A DNA stretch of 64,000 nucleotides from Macrostomum lignano (GCA_002269645.1 NIVC01001230.1:1-64000); one strand, 5' to 3'; numbered from the stretch's first letter, positions 25,642 to 38,751 are shown. Numbers and translations: made by a program. Notes: generated from the letters alone by a model not told the origin.

Positions 25642-28600
25642 CTATGAACTAGGAATGGACGATGAGCTCATCGATAACTGGCTGTCGATAATGTTAATCA
25701 GTTCGCTTGGCGAGGGCACGCGGCCGTTCTCCAGTTTGGACCAGATGACCATGTCTGCGGGTTGGGTTGAGCTTACCGGGTTGATGATGGATGCTGGCGT
25801 AGGTTTCATATTGGGGGGGGGGAGGGGAGTTGTGCCATTCACAGCCATGAGGGCCAACCCCCAGGGCACAGAGAATCGCCTCAGTGCTGGATGCGGGAGG
25901 ATGTCGCCCGCAAACCCTCTGCCCATTCACCCATTCACACTGACCATTGTAGGACACTTCAAAAGCCCCAGTAGAGATGAGCTGGCCCTCGATCGCGTTG
26001 CCAACAAAGAACAACATCATGCAGGCGTAGAGCTTGTTCTCCTGCGCCAGGGTGAACACGTGGGGAGTGGCCACGCCCAGGTAGGGGAACGGATCCAAGC
26101 CGGATAGGATAGCAATGATGATGGCGAATTTGATGACTGACAGAGTGCTGCACAGTTGTTGCCGCCATGTGGGTGGAGGATAATTGTCCCCTTCGATGTG
26201 CAGAGTGGGGAACTTCTGCGACAAGATGTGGGCAAATTCCTCAAACACCCGGCGGTAGCCTCAGGAGTAACTAAAAATATGGGAATAAAAAGTAAAATAT
26301 AAAAACTTGAACTGACAATAAATCATTTTATGTATGCTAAAATTGGGATATCACAGTATATAAAATGGGTTTAAGAAAGCTATAGTAAGTGCCACATGAC
26401 TAGCAATAAAGAAAACTAAAAACCTATAACTAAACACTTAATGCTCTATATACAGGTAAAGATTTAGGGGGCATTAAATTCAAATCTGTGCTAAACATTG
26501 TGGTATAATTCTATTATGTTAATCATAATAGACTTTAAATAGACTTTGTTTATTAAGACTATAAGACTAAATAAATAATAACAATAGTTATAGTCAGCTC
26601 TATAAGTTTCTTAACAACAGTGTTGTGTTTCTGCTTCCCTCAGTGCAGACCACAGATGGGGTGATTGGGGGTTTGGGTGCTGGACTGCCTAGAGCTTGCC
26701 AGGTGTGATAGGTGAGAGAGTGGCAAGCCCAGAGGCGTAGACACTTCGAGGTGGAAGTGGAAAGACTGGGAGCATACAGACACTCATCCAGCTGAGTTGT
26801 GAGGGAGATGCGGATGAGGAGGCTGTGAGCAGGTAGCCACTTAGCAGTAGCAGAGGTGAGCACAGGTCTGGAGACGCAGACACTGCAGACCTAAAGGAAG
26901 ACTGTGGCGAGGGAAGTGGATAATGAGGATAGGACAAATGAATGAAAGCAAATATTGTCTTACTGGGAAGGGTCACTTGATGCACTTATACAGGTGTGGT
27001 CTCTATATTTTACTCTGCTTAACCATTGCTGACTCGCACAAGCACAAAGTACATAGTAGTAGAGAGCAGGGTAGGACAGAGCCGGGTGAGGGCTGCGCAC
27101 GCACACAAATACTGGTTGAGAGCAGGAGGCTAGGTGGGGCTAAGCCATGCAGGACTGGGAGGTGGGGGGCAAAACTCAGAGTTGAAGGGTGAGAGAGAAA
27201 GAAGGGGGAAGGCTAGCCAATCAGGTGTCTCCGCAGCAAGACACATGATTGGACTAGCCTAAGCAAGAGAAAGATTAAAAGATGCCAGCCAATGAAAATT
27301 TATACAAATGAAAATGACAAAAAAGTATGAAGAATAGCAGCTTTAGATGGAGGGAGAAAACCAGAATAAACCAGTAGCAAGGAAAGGAGGGATGGAGAGC
27401 GCAAGGGTTGGGGCAAGGGCATTGCAGGGTGCAGCTCTCAACAAAAGAAATAATAATTTTAAATTGTTTGTGACGTGATAAGATATGGCAGCTACACATA
27501 TCTATAGCTAAAGTCCAAATCCAAAATCCATTTAAAAGAGATCTAAGAGGCACAAAAGGATAGCAATTTTATAGGAACTTATTTTTAGTTATTCATCAAG
27601 TATTCATAACCCCACTCAAAAATCTTACAAATATGCTAAAAAGTTTCAGTATACAATGGACCTGAAAATATGCTTGGCATTTAATATCTAGCATACAATA
27701 ATTGCTATACTATAGTAAATTGCACCACTGTGCTGGTATATGCCATGACAATATTTGGCATACTAAAATTACTTTTAAAATATTTTTATAGAAAACATTA
27801 AAACAAAATAAAAAAACAAAAATGCTATATAAAAATTTACTACCTTTTATTTACTTAAAGGTTCTTTTGTTTGTAAATAAGCTAAAAGCAATTTTTTGAC
27901 CTAAAATTTGAGCTAAAATTTAGCATAGCATTGCAATTTTTTAGGCATACATGTAATGTGCAACATTTTTTGGTATATCAATACCATGTAATAGATTTGA
28001 GAGTATAGGTTTATAATTATAATTCATTGCATTTGCCCATACTGACTAATTACTAAGTCTATCCATATGACTATAGTCTAGATAATTAGACTTTGTGCCA
28101 GAGACAAATCTCTTAAACTATATTATTCTGTGCCTATTTGAATTAGAAGTTTAAAAAAAATAAACATATGAAAGTATTGCCAAATTTATTATTACTCCTA
28201 CATGGGGCATGGCTTTGTTTTTATCTAAAATGACTAGATTGAATTGAATTTGAACTTTAAGCAGTCTTTTTTATTCATAAAAATGAGTTATAAGTTCCAC
28301 ACTCCAGATCATATAGAAATACGCCTGAAAATTTGGGTATGCATAGCATTGGCCTTGCAGGCAAAAGTTAGGTGTGCACAGTTGGCATGCATTATTCCTA
28401 AGAAAATAATGTGTGCACACCTGGCATGCACTTAATAGAAATCATCATATAGAAATTAAACAAATGTTTGTGCATATCCATTTTTACTATAAATGGTATA
28501 ATATAAGCAATGAAGATAAATAATAAACCAAATTATTAGCCATAAAGGGTCCTTTATGCGGTTGATAGTCATTTTGTCTACCATTCTTTTGTCTGCAAAA

Positions 28601-31600
28601 ATATGATGCAGTCATTGTCTGCCACAAAATATTAAGACTAAGTATGAGGCTAGTACATATAATAATAAAAATAAAATCTTTATATCTTAAAAAGTACATT
28701 ATATTAGAACTAGAAGCACAAGTGTACAATCTAAAAATATTTTTCCCAAGGGACCCATAGTATACATATACACATACACTAACTTTTTGTATATGAATTT
28801 TGTAAGCTGAATAATTGTTCCTAATGAAAATGCATTAATTATCATTGGATCGGGTCATAACAATGCTCATAATAGCCAGCAAATCATTTTTAACAATGAG
28901 CTCTGTCTCTGCCTTCAATATTCATAACTGCAGCATCCTTTCTTATCAGTATAAGTTCTTCTTTTCTATGGATGTTTAAAATTTATATCATATTTCTTTG
29001 AAATATTGCTATAAACAAAATTACACTTAGAAAAACTGACACCCCATTTTAAATTTTTGCATGATTTGCAATAATTAATTATAGAAAATTAGCTTTACTA
29101 GCTATGTAGCTATACCTTCATTTTTCTTCTTAAAAAGTTGTTTTGTCTGTCAGTAGACAAAAAGGTAGTAGACAAAATGACTGCATACCCCTTATGCAAT
29201 GCAAAAAGGTTATTTATTATTGCAACTCAAATGTCATTTATTAGGGTATGTACTTATTTTTTGGTATGCTTTTGTACTTACTCAATTTTTGCTTGGGCCA
29301 GGGGCAGATCCAGAGGGGGGCCATGGCCCCCTTCCTTAGCCGCAGCTAAAGAAATTTTGATCATACTTTTTTGGCCTATTACTATACCAGGTCTATTTTC
29401 CAATAAAGGGTTATAGTGCTTGTTATAGCTTGGCCTCCTACTCAAAAATTTTCTAGATCTGCGCCTGGCTTGGGCATATACTTAGCATAATCCTATATAC
29501 TAAAAAAGGAAATCTGTGCTATAATTAAGCAAAAGCAAAAAAACTTCAAAAAATACAAATATAACTATAAGTAGGCTGTCCAATGAGATTTTGAAAGTAA
29601 AAAAATCTGCTAATCTAACAATAAAACATTATAGAGGATGTTTGTAGCATTCCAAAAAGACTTCACTCATGAAAATTGAACTAGTAATAAAAAAGTTATA
29701 ACGATTTTTGTGTTTAAAAATTTGAACTTTTTAGATGACAAAAATACATTACAATCTGGTTCATTTTTTCGTTCTGGAAAGAATTTTTTGTGTTTAAATA
29801 AACATAACTTTCTTATTTTTTACAAGAAATTATTGGCTCTGGTGTCATTTGAAAAAAGAAATTGTTTTCATTTTTTGTGATATATTTGTTATTGTCTATT
29901 TATAGAGATATCATTGGATTTTGTAAAAGAATTCCTAAAAAATATAAAAATACAAGCTACCGGATGCATGATTTTTTTATTCAAACATGGAAAACTTAAA
30001 AAATATGGAAGATATACTCTCACTATTTTGTCCTTGTGTTAAGAACATGTATATTAAATATTATATAAAGTTTTGCTGAGAATTAATTATCTAGAGAAAA
30101 GATATTGTTGTTTTATTCATTTCTATATATAATTAATTTGTACCTTTACTGCACAAATGTATATATTTGGCTTTAATCTTTATTATCTCATTAAGTTCTA
30201 ATATAGGGTACCTATGCTATGTAATGTATTTTATTCTTAGTTTACTAGGGAATGATAAATATTATAAAATGTTTTTATCAATTCTATTTATATTGCACAA
30301 CACTAGTTTTGTTGGCAAAGGCCAATGCACTTTTTCATGAACATGGATTTTCAGCCTTCTCATTCAAAGTTAAAATGGCATCATCTTCAAAAGATCGCCT
30401 TGTGGTCATTTCAAATCAAAGGGCCATCCATTTTTTCGAAAAGGCGAGAAGTAAAAATGAAACAGGCGTTGCTATGGCAACTCGCCTGCTTCGTGCAATG
30501 GGGCTCATTTCGGTGAGCCTTAGTGACAAGTGCAAAGAGGCTCTTCTGCGAAAGGTCCGCCATTGCAAGAAGAAGGCACAAGATTTGTACAGAGATCACA
30601 AGCGCGAACTGAAGTCTGGCAAGCTTCATTCATCTTATGATGCCTTTCTTGAAGCCAGCTTTGATGTGCCTCAAGTACTTCTCCAAGAGGTGCAGCATTT
30701 TGTAGGGAAAAGGCTGCCAGCTGAGCCCGAACAAGTGGATGATCTTGACATGGGCGACGCTGAAGCTGATCTGCTTCCTAGCACAGATCGCATTCACCAG
30801 CAGGCCTCATCCGCTATGTCAGTTGAGGAGCAAACTGGCGTCCAGGCAGCTCTGTCGGACATCAATTCCGACCTCCGACGGCAGCTGCGTCAGAAGGAAC
30901 AGCAGCTCCACGCCCTGCATTGCCGTCTTGCCAAACGACCTAGTGCCGGCTTTTATACTCGGCAGCTCCGAACTCTGCAATCGAAAGTTGATAGTTCGAA
31001 GAAGAAGGTGCAGCAGCTGCTGCAGGAGAATCTGCGTCAGCGCGAAACGATTTGCGAGCTTCGAGCCCAGGTCAGACAGCATGACCGACAAAGCGTGTCC
31101 CAGCAGAGCTCGAAGCAGAAAGTCGGTGAGCTGCAACGCGAGATTCGCGAGCTCCACAGCAGTCTGGACCAGGTGTCGATCTCTCTGGAGGGGGCGGAGA
31201 AAGGCAACTTGATTTCGACGAAGGAGAACCGCCCCAGAGGAGGACTGCAATACAGTAACCAGGTATGAGATACATATAAGTTCAATACAATAGTCAATAG
31301 CTATAAATTTTATGTATGCTATTCTCTATTTTCTTATCAGTATTGTTCTACTTTTGCTGCTACATGTAGTAAAACTAAAATCGAATTTCGAAATTGAACT
31401 TTAACTAGGTAATTGAAACCTGCGTAAAGCTCGTTCTCGACTGCCATGTCCCAGTCCGATATGTGTCCCCGTGCATCCAGCATGTCCTTGCGGGGTTCAC
31501 ATCCTTTGATTCGAAGTCAATGGAGCTGCCGTCTAAGTCGCTGATTGCTAGCTGTGCATTCAGCGTCGGAAACTGTCTGGCGAAGGCTAGTGGGATGGAC

Positions 31601-34600
31601 AAAATCCTGGCAGTCACACAGACAGATCAGCCACTCACGCTGATGACCGACGGCACGTCAAAGAAGGGTCGGCATTACGCTGAGTACCAGGTGAGTTGGA
31701 GATGAATGGAGACCTGCAAAATGCGTGTACATGTACATGGAATAAAATAATTTCCTCGTTTCAATAAAGCCAAGGCATCAAGTTTTCCTAAAGAGTCAGA
31801 ATAAAAAAATTGGTTGCATTTTACAGATTGACCTCGGCTCAGCTGACAACCGCCATGTTGGCCTGTCTCTGCGAGAAGTGGAAGGCGGCACCGCGGAAAC
31901 GTACCTTCGCGAGTTGGACGCCTCTATCGATGAACTTGTAGACACCTTCTGCGCACTAACTTTGGAAGGCAGTGAAGAGGAGCGCCAGAAGATGAAGTAC
32001 AACGTGATGATGCGCCTAAAATTTCTGATGACAGATCGCCACGTCGTTAACAAGAGCCTTCAGGTAAGAAATTGAAATATTTGAAGCAAATAAATATATA
32101 AATTATAAAATTTTTGATTATTTACAGAACTAGTGTACTTTTCTACCGCCACCTCACCTGCATCTACGCGTCTACGCAACTCAGGTTCTTCTGAACGACA
32201 TGCGCTCTCAACTGGCCGGTGAACACGGAAAGGCGCCGCCTCCTCCTGTTGTATCGCTCTTCTGCGGCATGCATGTCATTGTAAACTTGGCTGGTGCCGT
32301 GGATAAGGGACTGTTCGACTATGAGAAATGTGCCACGTCTGAGCTAATCGGTTCCGCTGCAATTGGGGGCTTTCGTCCATCAAAGTCGGAGTCAGGTACT
32401 CAGCGTCTTATTCGTACAACGTGCAAGGCTTTTCATAAGCTGGGAAACGAGCAATGCGGTGTTGCCATGCCATTCGAGTCCTTCCTGGCGTCGAAAGGTG
32501 CGCCCAGCTTCCGGATGGAAGACTTTCGCGGTAATCGACTGTACGTCATTTTTCCAAATGGCGGTTATGTCTACCGGCAGAAGGATCTCCTACTGGCCTT
32601 TCTGTCGGAATACCACTGTAGCAACCGCCTGCTTCTCGCGGTCGAAGCAGACCTCAAATCTGCAATCCTGTTGGCCGGATGCCGTGCTCTGGGCTTGCTC
32701 GACCTGTTGCTCATTCGTCCTCTCTGGTTTCTGCTTCGGGACTCCCGCGTGACCCTAATCGACATGAATGAGCGATATGAGACTGCCTGCAGTTGGCTCC
32801 AGCAAATGACATCGGCTGAGACGGTTGTCCCGACTGCAGAGCTGGAGGGCCCATTTCCGGAGCTTTCCGGTGTTGTGCTTCAGGATGATGATGCACGGGC
32901 TTCGTGGGAGTCGCTGACTTCGGACGAGGTATCTGCGGAGACTAGTCTTGTCGGTCAAGCGCTCAAGGTCAGATATTTTATGTTATTTGCTTAGTCTGGT
33001 CACACTTTAATGTACAGTACTGTAGTGTACAATGAAGCAGATATACAATTACATGTATCTATTTGAAGTAAAATAACCCATTTTTCATACCCAGGTTCTA
33101 TGCGCCCATTGTCTCGTGCTGCTTCAGCGGGAAGTTGCTGATCACCTACAAGGAGGTCGTCTGCGAGATCTGTCTGCCGAGGACACGGCAGCAGCTGCTC
33201 AGGCACCAAAAGACAATGTAGCTGGAGAGCGGATGTTCGCTGTTTTGGACTACACGGTGCATGGCAAGCCGAACATGAGGCATTTGGCACGCGAGTCAGC
33301 TGTTCTTTTCAGCCAGAACTGCACTGCTGAGTGGCTGGAAACAAAGTCACAGCGCGAAAAACAGCTGATCATGTCGCGGGCCCGAGTCATGGCACCAACC
33401 ATGGAGAAGCGCGCGCGCACTTCCGCAGAATTTGTTCGTCGCAGACGTCAGGAGCTATTGCACGACAAGATGCTGGAGAAGCAGCGCAAGCAGGAGCTAC
33501 GGGCGTCCACTCTGCAAAATGCCATTGTTGGCATCGAGGCATTCGGTGGCATGTGGCGTAGTGCAGATGACGTGGACAGTCAGCTGGCAGCCTTGTCACC
33601 TGCTGAGCATGAGCAGGCATTAAAAGCTCAGCTCCGGCTCCACAAGGCAACGAGTATGTCCCTATAGCAGAAAAAATTTTATTTACGCATGGAGAATGTT
33701 AAGACTTAGGAAAACATTTAGATTTATTTATCAATTCTTTTTTAGAGATTGTCCTACCGAAGGACAAAGTCCGCTTGCTGAATTTTTCAGCAGGTGGTGT
33801 GCGCTTTTCAACTGCACAGCTCCGTGAAAATTTGTGCGAGGTGCTGGGCATTCTGGCACAGACCCCCCAGCAGAACGAGGATGGTCAGCGCACAGCTTCA
33901 GTTGCCATGGACTTGCTGGCCATCCGTGAGGAGCGGGTCAGCACAGTCATCCAAGCCATCTTGGCAAAGGGTGCTAGACAACCTGCTGCCCCCAGGCCAG
34001 GCACTGATGCTGACAGTGGACGATTAGGTCGTGGACGAGGTCGTGGAATGCACAGAGGCGCATCCAATGGTCGCGGACGCAGCCAAAGTTCGTCGCGGTC
34101 ACGAGGCAGAGGTGTGCATCGCGGGAGTCAATCTGCTAGGCCATCAGCATCAGCCAATTTTGACCACCTCCTCCTAGCTGGCATGCCACGCCTTTGCGAT
34201 GATCAGCAAATTGAAATGCGGTTTCTGTATGTCGATGAAGATGATAAGGAAGAGGAGTATGAAGAGTGGAATTCAGGGCGCATTATTGAGCAGCTTCCTA
34301 CACTTGGCATCTGCCACGACGTGTTCGATTTGCTGTTCTTGGTAGAGTTCAATGACTTCGAAGGGGAGGAATTCGAATACGACTTGTATCGTGACTGGAT
34401 TGGTGGAGACCTGCGCCTCCTGTAGAAGTTTATTTAGTGACTTAGTGTCTTGTTTACATTTTCATACAATGTACATGCATCTATGCATATACCATCATTG
34501 ACAATAATGATTGCATTCGCCGTTGGTCAATGGTTAAAAAGAAATGGAAGTAAATTTACTTCTATATTAGGCAGATTGGAAAGAGAAGATGAAGAAATCA

Positions 34601-36189
34601 ACATTTTTTTCGAAAACAGCATATTTATAAGTATATGTATGCATTTCTACGCAAAAAAAATATTTTTTCTACTAAGTAGTATATAAGTAGTATGTGCATA
34701 TTTAGGATCAAAGCATGAAATCCAACTTGCGGTATGCATGGTAATGGCTATGAGTAGCTCAAAAAGTTCACCCCCTTATAATTAATTCATTTTCAGCAAA
34801 AAAACTTCTGCCGAATATAAATTAGAATAGTAAAAAGCAATATCTGCTTTTCAATGGAGATTTACATGTATTTTGATGGTCTACAAAATATACAATAACT
34901 ATGTTGCGGGAAAAGCAACTTACAAAATTCTTTCTGCATGTAATTACTAGTATGCATATCTTTCTAAGAAAAAAGTCAAATTGCTTGCCGATGTGAAGGA
35001 AACCTGATTATTTTTGTATCAAATTCTTTCAATTGCAATACAGGTGTACAGGAAAAACTTTTTTTCCTTGAAATATTCTAAAAATATAAATTGGAATGTT
35101 TACTTTCATACTTATACTATCCTTTTTGTTAAAAACGGGTTTTTAAATCTTTAAATTTAGATTTTGTGAAAGCAGTTTTTTTCATAAAAAATCAACCGAA
35201 AAGGAAAAAACACGAAAAGTATATTATTTTCAGTTAACAAATAATCACACGAGGATTAATAATTTTACTTGGGGTTTGGCCAGATTAAAGAGTTTTTTTT
35301 CTTCTTTTCAGTGTATAGGCCTATTTCAGCAGTTCTGTGCACACAATACTTTATCCAAAATTTGAAATCAAAGTTGACACTATTTTGTAACTTTTTACGA
35401 TTTTGTTGACAAACTTTTGTTATCACATTGGACAGCCTACTATAAGAACAAAGGATGCCTAGTGCATTGGAGAAATAGCCTATTTGCACTAGAAAAATTG
35501 GTGGAATTTGCTGAGCATTGCCTTATTTAATCCTAATTATGCCATAGTTTGGATGGTATATTAGTGTACGCCAGGTTTAATGCTAGAAAAAATGACAACC
35601 TCATTTGTATACCACACTAGACCAGGTTTGTGTGCCAATATAAAAAATTATCATTTGACATGATGTATCTACTCTACTGTGCCATGTATGCCGGGATATA
35701 CCTTGGTATATGCTGAAAAATGGTAAGACCCTTGTCATACACCAGGAAATCTTGGCATATATGTTGCCTTCCAAACTATGATAACTATGGATTATCACTA
35801 AAAGAAACTAACCCCCTATTATACAAAGCACAAAAAATGCAATTTTTTTAAATACTTATTCTTAAATGTTAAACTAGGCCTAGGCCTAAGTGTAGCCCAA
35901 AGTAAGGTATTATTATTTAATTTATTAAGTAGGCCTGGCCGCCTAGGGCCTACATAACATAACTTCATACATAAGGCTGACCTATCTCTTAGTTTTGGAC
36001 CTAACTAAAGACTAATTTCAATATTAGCCATCAAAATAAAAAGAGCTCTTACCAATAAAGAACTTTCAAGGTTGGCATCGTGAATGACGCAAGCTTTGGC
36101 TTTTGAAATCTTTGTGGCTCCCTTTGCCCAGCTTGAGCATTAACGCATGCAACAGCCAGAAAGATAAATAACACCCGCAAAACTTGCAT
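25642..36189 (-). CDS. SELENOT: Selenoprotein T (thioredoxin-like, CxxU). Exons: 36189-36053, 26270-25945, 25754-25642; Sec UGA at 26263-26261
   Basis: Signal peptide MQVLRVLFIFLAVACVNA; spliced TG|T TAC TCC TGA GGC TAC gives C-Y-S-U-G-Y; then RRVFEEF, HIEGDNYPP, ENKLYACMMLFFVGNAIEGQLISTGAFEV and IWSKLENGRVP. SECIS present in the 3' UTR. Confidence 0.96.
29299..29467. mobile_element. hAT-type MITE, 169 bp
   Basis: TIRs CAGGGGCAGATCCAG / CTAGATCTGCGCCTG (2 mismatches); 8-bp TSD GCTTGGGC at 29291-29298 and 29468-29475. Confidence 0.9.
29572..35439 (+). mobile_element. DNA transposon, hAT-like (hATw-type by its 7-bp TSD), 5868 bp, antisense within SelT intron 1
   Basis: TIRs TAGGCTGTCCAATG / CATTGGACAGCCTA; 7-bp TSD CTATAAG at 29565-29571 and 35440-35446; internal transposase gene. 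Confidence 0.9.
30375..34425 (+). CDS. Spliced DDE transposase, about 1142 aa. Exons: 30375-31262, 31409-31690, 31827-32063, 32185-32967, 33095-33653, 33746-34425
   Basis: All five introns are GT-AG and keep frame; the total of 3429 nt has no internal stop. Motifs LMTDGT, LMTDRH, FCGMH (CxxH) and DNVAGERMF match the hAT/MULE/P-type DDE layout. Confidence 0.85.
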
Positions 36190-36750
36190 GCTGTTAACAG
36201 CAGCACTTAGAGCTCGAAAATTACTTACTCCGTACGTCCGCACTACTAGTTCGATTTGTCGAAATCAAACCCACTCAAATTAAAAAGGACACTAGACTGT
36301 CACAACTGCAATCCGATTTAATTCGTCTTATAACCGAATTAAAAATGTTTGTAAAAACGATCTCTTTTTTACAGGAAAACAGCCGATATTAACAAAATAA
36401 AAGTCATATATAGACTATCTTTTAACTACATTGGATACACAAGCGGCCTTATCAGTTTTTTTGCAATTTTGCTAGCAAAAATCTTAAAATAGAATCATGG
36501 AAACACTAATGTCCATTAGGCACGAATATGGTTTTGCTTGCGCAATCTTTTTTAAGGATTGCATGCTTGTTGCATTATTACATTTTTGTACATTTTAGAA
36601 TAATAATTTTCGTTACAGCTAAATAAAAGCAAGGTGGACATTTTTAACCTTAGAAAGTAGTTCTTTTCCTGTCATTATATTATTGCGAGTAATATTTACT
36701 ATTATTTAGACCAAATCTAAATACGACCAAAAAATCAAGCATCTTCAAAA

Positions 36751-37924
36751 ATGAAAGACAAGCTGAGGGGCCAGCTAGACCCCATTGTGCGCAAACGGAT
36801 AGGAAAAATTCTTGCTTATTTACTTCGATATGGTGCTGCCAAAGAGGGTCTTGCAGTTAACGACGGGGACTTTGTAGATCTCGACGAGCTTCTTGAGTGC
36901 AGTTTACTTAAAGGATACGCACAAGAATTGTTGAAGTCAGTAATAACAGAAGATGTCTCCTTTCGAGGGGTGAAACGATTTGAAATAAAGCAGGATGCTT
37001 TAAATGGTCAGCAATTCGTTCGAGCTACGTTTGGACGGCGGCTTGAAGAGGTAAGTATCACTTCGGTCTTAAAGATGCCATTCATAGATATTTTCAGCTA
37101 AATGACAACAATTAACAGTTCAAGTTAGATTTAAACGTAAAACTACTTCCTTCCTTTTTAGAAGCCATTTCATGACAATTCAAGAGTAAAAAAACTTGGA
37201 GAAATATGCCTGGATGCCATTGCCATGAACATTAAGCAATACGACTTCTCCGATTTCAATGACGACTATCTGATAAGGTAAGCAAAAGTTGCTACACAAT
37301 AAATATGGACAAACAGAGTCGAATTATTATGCAAAGCATGAAAAACTTTTGTTCTCCCGCAGCCAACTCATACAGCGGCTTCGCAGTAAAAAGATGCTCA
37401 ACAATCAAACTCTGGATTGCATACTGTCCTCTTCACTTGAAATCCTGGACCTCGAAGGCTGCTACCTGACACCGAAGTCGCTCGCCATCGTTCGCACCCG
37501 ATGCCCCGGCCTGCGTATCCTGAATCTACGTCGCCATGGCTACCTAATGACCGACTCCAACCTGAGATCGCTGCTGCAGGGCCTCCCCCAGCTGGAGACG
37601 CTGAATCTCACCTGCTGTCACAACCTCACCGGCCGCAGCCTGGAGTCGATCCGCACAGTCTGCCCGCACCTGCGACACCTCAACCTTTTCGGTGTGCCCC
37701 GCATCAGCGACGAAGCCCTGCTGCAGTTTCTCTGCCTGGCCGAGAGTCTGTCCTACCTCGACATCTTCGATCGCAAGTTCGAATCCAGCCTCTATCTTGA
37801 GACAGCGACTGAGACCGCTCGGCAGCGCGGCATCGTGCTACTCCACAGGGACGTCAAGGACCCGGAGGTGTGTCCGAGGAGGGCGCTGACTGCTCACCTG
37901 GGCGCTCGGGGTCGATTTTGGTGA
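36751..37924 (+). CDS. Uncharacterised 325-aa protein: Tpt1/KptA-like N-terminal lobe + BC-box-like motif + leucine-rich repeats. Exons: 36751-37050, 37162-37277, 37363-37924
   Basis: IGKILAYLLRYGAAKEGL...DFVDLDELL...VKRF...VRATFG resembles the TRPT1/KptA N-lobe (LSKALSYALRHGA.K.GL...GFV...KQRF...IRANQGH). It is followed by KLGEICLDAI and RNI/AMN1-type LRRs (LEILDLEGC, LRILNL, LETLNLTCC, LRHLNL, LSYLDI). Splices keep frame. Confidence 0.85.
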
Positions 37925-38751
37925 CAGATCAACAGCTGCAATTCATGCAGTCCCGACTGCTCCAAACCTCTTCAAATGCATCTAATTTTTAACAGCTTTG
38001 TACTCTGAACTTTCATGTAACATATTGCCTTGTGAGATTTTGATTCAAAATTTAACATGACGTAACAATGGATTATCCAGCTCCTATTCAGCGCGATTGC
38101 CTACGCAACTTATGCGCCGTTACTAATTACCGCTTGGCTGTCGGAATTGATCTGTAATGCTTATTTAGAATGTGTTTTGCAATAAATCATTTAACTTCGC
38201 CAATACATTCAAGCAGAAGCAATGTGACGTGCTTTTGTACAGTTTATGCATGCATGCGATTGCTCATGGAAGTAATTGCGTCACTATAACACTCGTAGCA
38301 CGTTCATTAAATGCTCAAAGCGAATGCTCAGATCGACATTAGAGGGATTTCTTCCAGGTCATGGTTACATGATCCTCACGTGATGCGAGATCAGCTATTT
38401 AAACTGCTTGAATTGGCAAATCTGACAGAGTATAGGTCATGAAGCCACGCAGTTGTTCAAGTCATGTTATTCAGTATACTAAATCTGTGATATGCGATAC
38501 AATTTATATAATAGCAGCGGCACGTACCAGACGCACGCATTTGCCGAAAGCTGATTCAACCTTCGAACTGTCTGAGAGTGCTGGCAGATGGCCTCTTGAG
38601 TCGATTATTTTAGCGAACAAAAAAGCCTCTCGATAGGCCGATTGTCCGCTTATCCATTGCTACGGACTAAAGTTTCTCCAGATACTATTTGGGCTTCATA
38701 AGCCAGGAGCAGAAAGGACTTCCTACAGAAAAGTAGCACAAAAGTCAGGAA

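Noticed and set aside
26600-27260. GC-richer patch in the SelT intron with short ORFs
   Set aside because: All frames are broken by stops. Probably a decayed mobile element; the family could not be assigned from sequence alone.
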